From: a virus
Taxonomy: Duplodnaviria > Caudoviricetes
DNA length: 25,913 nt
Reading direction: 5' to 3' (one strand)
Virus record (IMG/VR): IMGVR_UViG_3300037483_000503
Location: 1 to 25,913 of that record
The translations under genes and the position numbers were made by a program. The notes under the pieces are model-generated. The model saw only the letters and a list, made by a program, of their open reading frames with translations, had not been told where the DNA came from and searched no databases. Shown here in pieces: positions 8,343 to 17,560 of the stretch (position 1 is the stretch's first letter; each line of letters opens with the position of its first letter).

Positions 8343-9479
8343 CTATACAGCCTCCTTAACGTCCATCGTCATGCTGTAGAAATCGCGTATGACGTGGCGG
8401 AAAACGGGCTCTGCTTGAAATCTACCGTACATAGTAACTTCAGATAGCGTAGCTGATACGGCGCTAGTCGGGTCAATTGATAAATAGAAAGGCGTTTCAA
8501 CACCAGTCGTTTCGAACATATCCTCTAGGTCTCTGCGCTCACTAGCAAGTATCTGCCCGACTATCATACCTCTGAACTCACGCCTTATCGGTCTAGACTT
8601 ATAAAACTCCGCGCCGCTATCGGATGTAAAGCGCTCACTAGGGTCTGTATACGCTTTAGTGAAGCCGGGTGCTACGTTGGTGTCGGTAACCGTCTCGTAA
8701 TCACCAAGATATAGATGGCCGATTTTAAAGCCCTGACTGCCTAGAGTGTTTTCTCTATCCTCAAACTCAAAGCGCCAGTACCTGTACTCTGTAGACCCGG
8801 CTTCGTCGTCTAAGTAGTAGTGTATGCCTGCGCTATCCCGCGTGACTGTTATGGTGACGGCGGGTGAAGCCCACGAATCGGCAGTGTTACCGTAGAGCGT
8901 ATAAGTGCCACTTGACGAAAATGGAAAGGTCTCGCCTAAAGGGGATATAACGTGGAACTCTTGAACGTCCGTAGCCGTACCCAAATCCAAAGTGATATGT
9001 TCACTCGTATGATTTCGGCGTTTGTCAGCGGTTCCAGCGGTCGCCGCTGACGTGTCACTTGCGGTCGTATACCCCAACGTATCCCATACAGCGTTTGACG
9101 TTTGCGTAAAGCGCAGGGTGTCGGTGCCGCTTGATCTAGATATAGTATATTTGCCGGTAGTGGTCGAATAGGTGCAAGTCCAGTTAGACGACGATGCGTT
9201 AAGCTGCGTTTGAACGTGGGAGGCCAACGCTGCCCCACCTGAATAGTCTGCGCTAGTCAAGGTGATGGTTACATCGCCGCCGTCGTTTACGTAGAGTTTG
9301 TTATTAGTAGAGTCTATCGTGAAATTGCCATTAGGTCGATAGACCTGGCTACGCTGAATAGTCGTAAGGTTTTCTTTGCCAAAGTTTGACATTTCGGACG
9401 CAACGGATATCGCTGACGCGGATAGTCCCGCTGCGAAATTGTTAGCCCCGAAACGGACTCTTTTGTTACGAGTGACCAT
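8343..9479 (-). CDS. Distal tail protein (Dit-like) with discoidin/F5-8-like and inserted domains
   Basis: Directly after the TMP. Discoidin-like motifs (ITLDLGT, YTLYGN, YRYWRFEF, IGHLYLG) and a Dit-like C-terminus (AYTDPSERFTSDSG...YSMTMDVKE). Confidence 0.65.
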   Translation of the reverse strand: MVTRNKRVRFGANNFAAGLSASAISVASEMSNFGKENLTTIQRSQVYRPNGNFTIDSTNNKLYVNDGGDVTITLTSADYSGGAALASHVQTQLNASSSNWTCTYSTTTGKYTISRSSGTDTLRFTQTSNAVWDTLGYTTASDTSAATAGTADKRRNHTSEHITLDLGTATDVQEFHVISPLGETFPFSSSGTYTLYGNTADSWASPAVTITVTRDSAGIHYYLDDEAGSTEYRYWRFEFEDRENTLGSQGFKIGHLYLGDYETVTDTNVAPGFTKAYTDPSERFTSDSGAEFYKSRPIRREFRGMIVGQILASERRDLEDMFETTGVETPFYLSIDPTSAVSATLSEVTMYGRFQAEPVFRHVIRDFYSMTMDVKEAV

Positions 9480-9480
9480 T

Positions 9481-11778
9481 CTACGCGAGCCTTGTATTTG
9501 CTAAGTTAAGATCGAAAATTACTTGACCCAGTACACGGCCATCGATGTTTAGCTGTACAACCTGCCCGCTACCGCCGCCCGTCAAGCCAAAACCTAGCGC
9601 TTCCGCTGCCTGTACTTCTAAGGGTTTTCCACCGTCGCCAGAGACTTTGCCTACAATTCCGCCTCGCCCCTCCGCTGCAGGGTTGAAAGCGTCGACTACT
9701 TCTTGCGCCCTAGCTTTTAGCTCGTTAATGAATATCATTCCCGCATCTTTGAATGAATCCATCACCAACTCTTTGAATCCCACGCCAAAGTCGGTGAGCG
9801 CTTCCGTGAGTGTAGAACTCATCGCGGTTAACAGGCCCGGCATACCTTCACCAATAGCGCTAGGAATATTGGTGACCGTATCTACAACTTTGCCCCAAGC
9901 GTCACTAAAACCCGTAGAAAATTGGTTACCGAATTCATTAAATTTAGGTGCAAGGGTATCAAGCTGGTACCGCATGCCTTCGAATAGCTGAGTTATAAGC
10001 GACTGAGCTATGTAAGGCGCTTGCTCTGATAAGGACAACGCTACTTGAGGCATTGCCGCTGCTAACGCGGTAACGATCGGCCCGGCGTTATCCGCAAGCG
10101 CTTGTACAAATATCGGCGCGTTTTCTGCTAACGCGGTAACGCCTTGAGTAATTCCCTCCGCGAAATCCTCAGCCATCTTTTTAGCTTCTTCTTTAGTAGC
10201 GCCAGCTAGCTGCGTTGCAAGCCCTGCGATCGCATCCCCGCCGGGTATACCCGCGGCTGTCGCTAAAGCGCCTACCGATGCGCCTACTACCGCTTGACCA
10301 CCCGCTACGCCGCCGCCTAAATTCGCAGCGATGGAAGCGGATATCTTGCCGAACGCGGTCGCCGCTTTAACCATGCTATTTAGGGCAAAGCCTAGGTCAC
10401 TAAACCCAGGAGCGCCCGTCGTAGAGCCGCTTGACCCAGGTGTAGCGCCAATCCCCCCTTTGCCGCCCGGGGTATCGGGCATATCATTGATGGCCTTACT
10501 AGCATTTCGTACCTGATCGCCTAACCCTGAAAACGCTTCGGCGGTCGAGTTGACGAATCCGTCAAGGGCGATAAATTTTTCCTCGCTAAGAGCTACAAAG
10601 TCGGTTACGCCGTCGCGCATCTCACCGATCTTATCCCTAAAAACTCCTACCGTGTCCTCGCCAATCATGCCTACGGCGGCTACCCCTACATCGTCTAGTT
10701 TCTTTTTTATTGCGTCGAGATCGACACCAACTAGATTTTCAACTATACCGGTCGCGCCGGGAATGCTCTGTAGAGCCTCAACAACTTCCGACACTAGAGC
10801 GACGATACCCGCGAAAGTGCCCTTAATAACGTCAAAAACCCCGTTGTAAACTTTTTGCACTACATCAAACGATAAAAAAGACTCTAGTAGGAGCGCATTA
10901 ACTTCGATCCAGTTCCCGGTAAGCAAGACCATACCCCTGATCGCTTGACGGGGCGCGGCTATTACTCTTACCAGGGTAGGTAGACTATCAAGTAACAGAG
11001 CTATCCCTTCAGTAACTACTTCGTCTATGCTTTCGCGATTGTTATCTAGTATGTCGCCTAGCTTATTAAGCGCAGTACTAACAGCGTTGATACCTCCAAT
11101 GCCTGCTTTATTTTTGGTGATAAACTCACCGATTTTCTCTTGAAAGTCTCCCCAGGAATTACTCAGTTGAGTAACCGCGCCTGAGTAGGTTTGAATCTTA
11201 GCCAGCGCAGAACCCGCAAAGCGCCGATTCACCAAATCAATTGCCGCCCCTGATTTTAACTGCTCAGCGGTTAGTGATCTCATCGCGGGTAAAGACTCGC
11301 CCAGCTCACCGGTTAGGCCGCTCATTGTCTTACCCAGGTTACGTACGGCTGACTCAAGCGACATGCCGGTAGCCGCCGATAATTCAGAGGCCGCCGTCAC
11401 TAAATCTTTAGCCATGTCATTTGATACGCCAAATGATTTGGCTAGGCTTAGCATTTGCAGCGTCGTTTCATCGCCAATGATAGATACGCTTTGTAGGTCT
11501 GAAGCGAAGGTCTGTAGATCCTTAGACGCTGCAACGCTGAAATCGCCTGCCGAGCGCAGGGCCTGATTCATACCACTAACGGCGTCCTCTTGCTTAGCCG
11601 CCGCGTCAACTACAGTGCCAATGCCTTGCGCGATTTTATTAAATGCAAAGCCCGCTACGATCGCCGCGCCTACCGCCTTGAAGGTAGTCGAGAGCCCTTC
11701 TCCCACGCTACCTAGTTTCTTCAGGTCGCGCTGGGCTTCGCGGCTATCTGATTTAATCTTTAATTCGACGTCTGCCAT
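9481..11778 (-). CDS. Tail tape measure protein
   Basis: 765 aa, Ala/Gly-rich and helical. N-terminus MADVELKIKSD, internal TYSGAVTQLSNSWGDFQEKIG and C-terminal VQLNIDGRVLG are typical; follows the tail chaperone. Confidence 0.92.
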   Translation of the reverse strand: MADVELKIKSDSREAQRDLKKLGSVGEGLSTTFKAVGAAIVAGFAFNKIAQGIGTVVDAAAKQEDAVSGMNQALRSAGDFSVAASKDLQTFASDLQSVSIIGDETTLQMLSLAKSFGVSNDMAKDLVTAASELSAATGMSLESAVRNLGKTMSGLTGELGESLPAMRSLTAEQLKSGAAIDLVNRRFAGSALAKIQTYSGAVTQLSNSWGDFQEKIGEFITKNKAGIGGINAVSTALNKLGDILDNNRESIDEVVTEGIALLLDSLPTLVRVIAAPRQAIRGMVLLTGNWIEVNALLLESFLSFDVVQKVYNGVFDVIKGTFAGIVALVSEVVEALQSIPGATGIVENLVGVDLDAIKKKLDDVGVAAVGMIGEDTVGVFRDKIGEMRDGVTDFVALSEEKFIALDGFVNSTAEAFSGLGDQVRNASKAINDMPDTPGGKGGIGATPGSSGSTTGAPGFSDLGFALNSMVKAATAFGKISASIAANLGGGVAGGQAVVGASVGALATAAGIPGGDAIAGLATQLAGATKEEAKKMAEDFAEGITQGVTALAENAPIFVQALADNAGPIVTALAAAMPQVALSLSEQAPYIAQSLITQLFEGMRYQLDTLAPKFNEFGNQFSTGFSDAWGKVVDTVTNIPSAIGEGMPGLLTAMSSTLTEALTDFGVGFKELVMDSFKDAGMIFINELKARAQEVVDAFNPAAEGRGGIVGKVSGDGGKPLEVQAAEALGFGLTGGGSGQVVQLNIDGRVLGQVIFDLNLANTRLA

Positions 11779-11782
11779 AGCG

Positions 11783-12375
11783 CTACCTTTTTAGCTTTTG
11801 CGATTCTGAGCGGGCTAGCGACGTTGCGATCAACTTAAAAATGCGCATGGTATATGGGTCTAAGGTATCAGCGTTAAGGTGTATCCCCGCTTCGGCTAAT
11901 TGTCTCCGGTCCCCATACTCCTTAAAAAATTGGCCCACCCGCTCGCTGCCCGGTGGCGATCCTATTCCGAAGACGATACTATGCGCTACCAGACCAATCA
12001 GTGTCTTAATATCGTCTTCGACTTTGGGCCATTGGTGACTATACCGATTATCTCTAGTGCAATTTTAGTCCACTCGGCTAAGTACGTTAGTTCGTCGATA
12101 TCTGTAATGGCGTCATCTCCGCCTATGCTTACGCTGATTGCCTCGACAGCTTCTCGCGCTTCTTTAAATACCCTAGCGCTAGCCTCTACGTTGGCTTCGG
12201 TCAATTCACCGTTTTGTAATACAGACGCTGACCGGGCCATTTCCATGGACTTAGCCAAGCGTTCTGACTCACAGGCTACCCTAATCATAGCGTGGCCCGT
12301 GTATCCCTTAGACTTCGTATCGTCATCTAATTCTACGTTCGGGTCATCGCCCAGTCGTACTTTAAATACCTTCAT
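11783..12375 (-). CDS. Tail assembly chaperone frameshift product (gpGT-like, ~197 aa) via programmed -1 frameshift
   Basis: After CCCAAAG (12028-12022) the -1 frame is open for 79 codons (VEDDIKTLIGLVAHS...SESQKLKR) and stops at TAG 11785-11783, 4 nt before the TMP ATG. Confidence 0.8.
11998..12375 (-). CDS. Tail assembly chaperone (lambda gpG-like)
   Basis: Lies between tail tube and TMP and carries an in-frame slippery heptamer C CCA AAG near its 3' end. Confidence 0.75.
   Translation of the reverse strand: MKVFKVRLGDDPNVELDDDTKSKGYTGHAMIRVACESERLAKSMEMARSASVLQNGELTEANVEASARVFKEAREAVEAISVSIGGDDAITDIDELTYLAEWTKIALEIIGIVTNGPKSKTILRH
12022..12028 (-). other. Programmed -1 ribosomal frameshift slippery site CCCAAAG
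   Basis: Matches X XXY YYZ in the correct phase (GGC CCA AAG) of the chaperone gene. Confidence 0.8.
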
Positions 12376-12391
12376 CGCGGGTTAGTTCCTT

Positions 12392-13903
12392 TTAAATCGT
12401 AGACAGAAAAATATCGCCATCGCCGTCGTCGTATGCGTGTAGTTCTGCAGTCATGACAAACAAGCCCTCCACTTCGCTTAGCTGCCAGTTTTTAATAGTC
12501 GTAGAAGGGGCGTACAAAGTACCGGCTTTAGTCTCGACCCAGTTACCGCCCGATTTCTCGCCAAATAAAAACGCGAATGCAGTATCGTCATTGGTAGAGA
12601 ATCGATGGAATTTATCCGTATCGTATTTTTGCAAGTATGCCGTAAACGATATAACGATTTCTCGGTCGATTATATTCGACCCACCCCTACCCGACTCGGC
12701 GCATATATCCCCTTTGACCGCTTTCGGGGTATTTACGTCACAAGTAAACTGGCTGATCTCGAAACAAGTGTTATCGGTACGATCCCCAACTAGAACCAAC
12801 ATATTTTTGGCAGTAATGCCATCAGCGCTATCGTACGCGGGTGTCTGGGGCGGCGTATAAGTCGCCGCGCTATCTGAAGTGTATCCCGTCCCGGCTGCTG
12901 TGCCCGTGTCATCAGCGGAAACGGTGAAGCCAATTTGATCACCAATCGTGTTAGACGTATTAGCTCCTGAATTCCATAGCAGCGAAAGTACGGTGCCGGT
13001 AGCTGTGATAGTATATTTTCCTGTAGAGCTAGAATAGGTTACGGCGGGATCGGTGGTAGTGGCTGTAGCCCTCATAGCAGTTTGAATTGCCGACGCTACT
13101 TCTTGCGGAGACTTATACCAGCCCGCCGCTATCGCCGCCGCAAACGTGCCGTCGTCGTCCGTCCAATCAATGTACGTATCCGCCGCCGCGATATTGACCG
13201 GGTTAAATCCGAACCATATACCTTCGACCGTGTAATTGATGTTTAGTAACTGGCCCGCTACCGCTTCGACCGACCAGGACGTGGTGCGCCCACCCGCCAT
13301 AGCTTGACGTCCGCCCGATTCTCCCAAGTAATTCCATATAGACAGCGTTGGGTGCCCTGTTTCAGCGGGATAGTATGTTGTCGCTTTGCCGAGGCTAATA
13401 CCCGTTGACGGCGCGTTCACCAAGTCAAACGCGGGTAGTATAGTGTCCGTTGATATTGATTCGGCCGGCATCAACTCCCAAGCATATGCGTTATGCTTGA
13501 TCAGCATAGCTTGTCCCCTACGGAATTCCGCGCCTTCTCCACTATCGACAACAACCCCTGACACCGATGAGCCTGAAACGGTGTCATACTCTGTCGACTC
13601 GGTATCCGTCGCGCCCAGTGATGCGTATATCAAGTTACCGTAGTCAGGAGCGGTAGCCGCAGAACCGCTACCGCGCAGGTAGTGGCTACCCGTAAAAACG
13701 GGATCTTCGCTCCCGAGGATACCCTTAGACCGTCCGAGGGAACCCGATAGCTCTAGATTTTCCACGTTCTCTATTTGAGGAACCATCGAAAAACCGGATT
13801 GCAGCTTGATATAGTTAGTTGTGGCGGTGGGGGCTTTAAGCGTGCCCTCAGTGGTTTCGACCACGACGGCGCATACCGTAGAACGTACCTGTATATCGGT
13901 CAT
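12392..13903 (-). CDS. Major tail (tube) protein with inserted accessory domains
   Basis: Upstream of chaperone and TMP; strong RBS GGAGG; tube-like N-terminus (VVVETTEGT) and C-terminus (REIVISFTAY, GTLYAPSTTI). Long at 503 aa and Thr/Ser/Ala-rich. Confidence 0.8.
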   Translation of the reverse strand: MTDIQVRSTVCAVVVETTEGTLKAPTATTNYIKLQSGFSMVPQIENVENLELSGSLGRSKGILGSEDPVFTGSHYLRGSGSAATAPDYGNLIYASLGATDTESTEYDTVSGSSVSGVVVDSGEGAEFRRGQAMLIKHNAYAWELMPAESISTDTILPAFDLVNAPSTGISLGKATTYYPAETGHPTLSIWNYLGESGGRQAMAGGRTTSWSVEAVAGQLLNINYTVEGIWFGFNPVNIAAADTYIDWTDDDGTFAAAIAAGWYKSPQEVASAIQTAMRATATTTDPAVTYSSSTGKYTITATGTVLSLLWNSGANTSNTIGDQIGFTVSADDTGTAAGTGYTSDSAATYTPPQTPAYDSADGITAKNMLVLVGDRTDNTCFEISQFTCDVNTPKAVKGDICAESGRGGSNIIDREIVISFTAYLQKYDTDKFHRFSTNDDTAFAFLFGEKSGGNWVETKAGTLYAPSTTIKNWQLSEVEGLFVMTAELHAYDDGDGDIFLSTI

Positions 13904-13951
13904 AGTGAAAGCCCCTCCATTGGCCTTAGCTCTTTACATTTTTAGTGTATC

Positions 13952-14398
13952 CTAGTAACTTTCATTATACTCGAAACCAAATACTGTCAACAGCCTGAAA
14001 TATCTCCTTTGATCACCTATGAGATACTCAAGCGGGTCGCTAGCCAAGTATCGGACTAAATGCGCCGTACCTAAACTAGTTTCCGCTTCGACAGCTTTTA
14101 TCAGGCTGATTTCATTTTCTAGCAAGGATAGCGCTTCCGTCTGGATACCCGCGCCGTCCGTGTCCGCCTTTGCGATCTCCTTGAATATCAGCACTTCTAT
14201 TTGACGGTCGATATCGATAGAGCTATGCATCTCGCGTCTAGCGTTAGCCCCCGCGCCAAACCCTATGCCGTATCCAAACTTGAGCGCGTAAGCGGGGTTT
14301 ATCTCGGGCTCATATGGATTCGGGATTTTTTTAATACCGGTTAAGGTATCTGTGATGAGTGTCTCCAGCGCGGACGTAATGGTAGATATTTTAGTCAT
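13952..14398 (-). CDS. Tail terminator / tail completion protein (putative)
   Basis: 148 aa, directly upstream of the tail tube gene; helix-strand pattern ending in a beta strand (RLLTVFGFEY); ATGA overlap with the adaptor gene. Confidence 0.6.
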   Translation of the reverse strand: MTKISTITSALETLITDTLTGIKKIPNPYEPEINPAYALKFGYGIGFGAGANARREMHSSIDIDRQIEVLIFKEIAKADTDGAGIQTEALSLLENEISLIKAVEAETSLGTAHLVRYLASDPLEYLIGDQRRYFRLLTVFGFEYNESY

Positions 14399-15261
14399 CT
14401 ATGCATAACCACGGTCGATGATACGCGTTCTGATGGCTCTAAATCCGCGCTACGATTAACATCTATATAGAAGTTTTTCATATTCATAGCCGCTTTGTAC
14501 CTGGCGTCGGCGATTTTGCGGCTCTCTTCATACGCGGGACCCATTGTCGGTCCAAAGCAAATAGCCGCTGTCTTGTGGATGGAAGCCTGCTTTAGCCTGG
14601 TTACGTCAATTATTTGATCGGCGCTGGTGATAACACTGCGTTCGGTCAAGTCGGCTATGATCATTTCTGCAGCGGCAAAGGTTTGCAGGTCCCAGTTATT
14701 TGGGTCAGTACCGCTATTATACGCTGCGCGTAGGTCTGAGTTATCTAGGTTAGCGTACTGCCCATATAGTTCGGAGTCAGTGCTAAACTTATGGCCTACA
14801 TGCTTGAGAACCACAGAAGCAGTTAGGTCGCCCGACCATGCAAATCGTGCCCAGTACATATGGTATATCTCTGTCCCCGTTAGCCCTGTAACGTCCTCGC
14901 TTCGCGATTCTCTGGCCCATAAGGAATTATCGATATCAGGTCTGAATTGGATATACCCGTCCTGCGCCAGAGATGCGCCGCTAGCGGCGGTACGATCTAC
15001 CACATCTACTGCGCTAACCCAACTACCGCCGTCCCACAACGCTACTGATACGTCCGACGATTCTGCATTAGGGGTTGCACCAACATCGAAATATTTTTGG
15101 TTGAAGGGTAACGCAGCGCCTATATAGATATAGTCCTCGGCAGCGACAAACCCTGCAACCGTAACACTACCCGCCGTGTAGTCATTTAACTGGGTAGACC
15201 AGTCAGATAGCGTACCGTCATTACTGTATATCACCCGTTGAGTGAATAGCGATATTGTCAT
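14395..15261 (-). CDS. Head-tail adaptor-like protein with an extra N-terminal beta-rich domain
   Basis: Neck position. The C-terminal ~130 aa are helical (FSTDSEL...AAEMIIADL...LKQASIHKTAAIC...ARYKAAM) as in gp15/gp6-like adaptors; the N-terminal ~155 aa are beta-rich and aromatic. Confidence 0.55.
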   Translation of the reverse strand: MTISLFTQRVIYSNDGTLSDWSTQLNDYTAGSVTVAGFVAAEDYIYIGAALPFNQKYFDVGATPNAESSDVSVALWDGGSWVSAVDVVDRTAASGASLAQDGYIQFRPDIDNSLWARESRSEDVTGLTGTEIYHMYWARFAWSGDLTASVVLKHVGHKFSTDSELYGQYANLDNSDLRAAYNSGTDPNNWDLQTFAAAEMIIADLTERSVITSADQIIDVTRLKQASIHKTAAICFGPTMGPAYEESRKIADARYKAAMNMKNFYIDVNRSADLEPSERVSSTVVMHR

Positions 15262-16262
15262 GGGTTAAATATTCTCCCCAGTACAGCGGCCCGCGCTTTA
15301 AGTTGCGTTAGGTAATCAGGTAATTCCTGTAGCGATTGTTTCACCAAACTAGCCCGGTTTTCAAGCGCATACTCAAATGATTCAGCAAAGGAGCGACCTT
15401 TTCGGTACTTACCGGCGGGTACATCCCACTCAGGCCAGTCAGGTACGACCGCTGACGCCCCCGCTACGGTAGCTTCCTGCCAGGCTATATTTGACTTGGT
15501 GCGGTTAAATGCGTGGTCCTGTAAAGGGACTATCACGACTGAGGGCTTGAGCGCTATGAACTGCTCAAAGTATCGGAACGTATCCGTAATGGGTTTGAAG
15601 TGCCTCCACTTTTTGCCGGCCATACGGCCCTCTAGTCCCCAGTGCGGATGACCGAGCGTAATCAACTCGTAGTCGGGGTGCGCATCAGCGATTGTCAGTA
15701 TGTCGTCGATGTAGCCCTCCATATCCGCAAAGTGAGAAGGCCCGCCGCGCCAAGCGATCACCTTGTTAGGCTCATAGTCATCAGCATACCGAGGAATGGT
15801 CAAGGGCCATGCATTGGGGATGACGTCGATATCAGAGCGAAATGGCCCTAGGCATTCTTTAAGATCAGGGGTTGATACCGTTACCGCATCAGCATGCCGT
15901 AGGAAAAATTCGATACGTTGTTTTTGATCAGGGGTTTGGTACGTGCCCCACGTATAATTAGACATAGGAACGCTGAATAGGTTGTCATCGTAGTCTACCC
16001 ATACCTTACGACCCATACGTTTAGCCGCTTGCATTAGACTAATACAATCTTCTTTGAAGGGCCGGGTTATGTAGAAGCAATCATACTCCGCGATATCGGG
16101 CCAGGATAGCGACCGTCCGGGCCTTAAAAGTTCGACGTCTACCCTAGCAAAGTTTTGCCGGGTCAAATCGTACATGGGCAGTACGCCACGATAAAAGGAG
16201 TACGCGTTGGAAGGGTTATCACCAACTATTAGGACTTTTACGTTGCCATTAGATGTAATCAA
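15258..16262 (-). CDS. Glycosyltransferase, GT-B fold (GT4-like)
   Basis: Motifs VWVDYDDNLF, ADAVTVSTPDL, VIPNA, IAWRGGPSH..D and VPLQDHAFNRTKSNIAWQEATVAG. TTG start overlaps the GT2 stop. Confidence 0.85.
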   Translation of the reverse strand: MITSNGNVKVLIVGDNPSNAYSFYRGVLPMYDLTRQNFARVDVELLRPGRSLSWPDIAEYDCFYITRPFKEDCISLMQAAKRMGRKVWVDYDDNLFSVPMSNYTWGTYQTPDQKQRIEFFLRHADAVTVSTPDLKECLGPFRSDIDVIPNAWPLTIPRYADDYEPNKVIAWRGGPSHFADMEGYIDDILTIADAHPDYELITLGHPHWGLEGRMAGKKWRHFKPITDTFRYFEQFIALKPSVVIVPLQDHAFNRTKSNIAWQEATVAGASAVVPDWPEWDVPAGKYRKGRSFAESFEYALENRASLVKQSLQELPDYLTQLKARAAVLGRIFNP

Positions 16263-17023
16263 AGCGGTTCCTCCGGTGCGGGCCAGGGTATGTAGTAGTT
16301 GTCATCTCGGTATAGAGCTAGCTTACTTTCGTAGTACTGGCGCAAATCCGCAAGGGATTTATCCTTTGTAGTGCGAAGCGGGTCTTTTAGTATCCCGTCA
16401 CCTAAGTGTCTGGCCTTGGCGTCTACTATGTAATAGTTGCGAAATCCCGCAACGGTTGCTCGGTGATGATAGTCGCTATCCTCATAGCCGTATGGGTGAA
16501 ACGCGGGATCGAAGGCCCCGACCTTATCGAGTAGCTCACGAGTTTTCAACTTTACGCCGAATAGCGGCTTATCAAACGGTCTTAGATCTACCTCAGCGAG
16601 ACCGCCCTTACGCGTAGGTAGTGACTGGCGATTGGTGGTCTGCCCCTGCCAGGTGATACCGACCATACCCGTATTACCTATGTTTTTGGCGTGCCAAATC
16701 ATGTAGCGAAGCCAGTCGCGGGGCATATGGTAGTCGTTACCGAGTTGAACGACGAATTCACCCCTCGACCGCATAATAAGCTGATTCAAGGTACGTGCTA
16801 CACCCTCGTTTTTGCTATTCATACGCTCGTATGCTAATCGAGGTTCGGTCTTTGAGATACCGTACCTAATGCATTGGGGGTCTGCGCTACCGTTATCGGC
16901 CCATAGGATTTCGGCGTTGGATAAGTCGATCCCACAAATAGCTAGGTTATACTCCAGGTTTTCTACACAACCCGGATACCTATTGATCGTCATGTACAAT
17001 ATGGACACTGAAGGGATGTTCAC
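16259..17023 (-). CDS. Glycosyltransferase family 2 (GT-A fold)
   Basis: Motifs VSILYMTINR, EILWADNGSAD, NEGVARTLN, GEFVVQLGND and VGAFDPAFHPYGYEDSDYHHR. GTG start overlaps the deacetylase stop. Confidence 0.9.
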   Translation of the reverse strand: MNIPSVSILYMTINRYPGCVENLEYNLAICGIDLSNAEILWADNGSADPQCIRYGISKTEPRLAYERMNSKNEGVARTLNQLIMRSRGEFVVQLGNDYHMPRDWLRYMIWHAKNIGNTGMVGITWQGQTTNRQSLPTRKGGLAEVDLRPFDKPLFGVKLKTRELLDKVGAFDPAFHPYGYEDSDYHHRATVAGFRNYYIVDAKARHLGDGILKDPLRTTKDKSLADLRQYYESKLALYRDDNYYIPWPAPEEPL

Positions 17024-17535
17024 AAGTATGACCTTCCGGTTTGAAATGGGTCTGCGTCTACGCCGTCCCCCACTACGAACGCGCGTTCGTACCCCTCACC
17101 GGATACGGCCTTACGCACGCGAGCGTCCTGCGCGCCGTACGGATACGCGAAATATCTCATAGGGAAGGGAGGCGCTACCTCGCGTGCTAGTTCCACGTCA
17201 TTGACCTGGGTTAGGTTGGCGTGGCTCCAGCTATGCCAACCTATTTCGCAATTGTAATGGGCGGCCATACTTATGACCTGGTCCCAACTCGCGAACATCT
17301 CAGGAGGCATATTTACATCAAATATATTGTCTCCGCCTACGTAGTCACCAGTTATAAACAGTATAGGCTTGGTTTTGGCGTGTATTAGTGCCCTTCGATG
17401 CGCATACACGTTGGCGTATACCCCGTCGAAAGTTAGGCGGTCACCCGACTCCATAGCCCTGTTGATCTCACCCGGGGTATTATAATTTTCATTGTAAGCG
17501 ACGGGCGCGACGTTGTGTAATACGCGGAATATCAT
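17020..17535 (-). CDS. Polysaccharide deacetylase (CE4 / NodB-homology, IcaB/PgaB-like), compact with no signal peptide
   Basis: Motif 1 variant LTFDGVY, metal-binding EIGWHSWSH, FAYPYG; AGGAG upstream. Confidence 0.85.
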   Translation of the reverse strand: MIFRVLHNVAPVAYNENYNTPGEINRAMESGDRLTFDGVYANVYAHRRALIHAKTKPILFITGDYVGGDNIFDVNMPPEMFASWDQVISMAAHYNCEIGWHSWSHANLTQVNDVELAREVAPPFPMRYFAYPYGAQDARVRKAVSGEGYERAFVVGDGVDADPFQTGRSYL

Positions 17536-17560
17536 ATATTACATGCGCTCCTATTTCCGA

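Noticed and set aside
17536-17552. AGGAG-cgc-ATG-TAA start-stop element in frame just before the deacetylase ATG
   Set aside because: SD spacing to this ATG is only 3 nt; probably chance.
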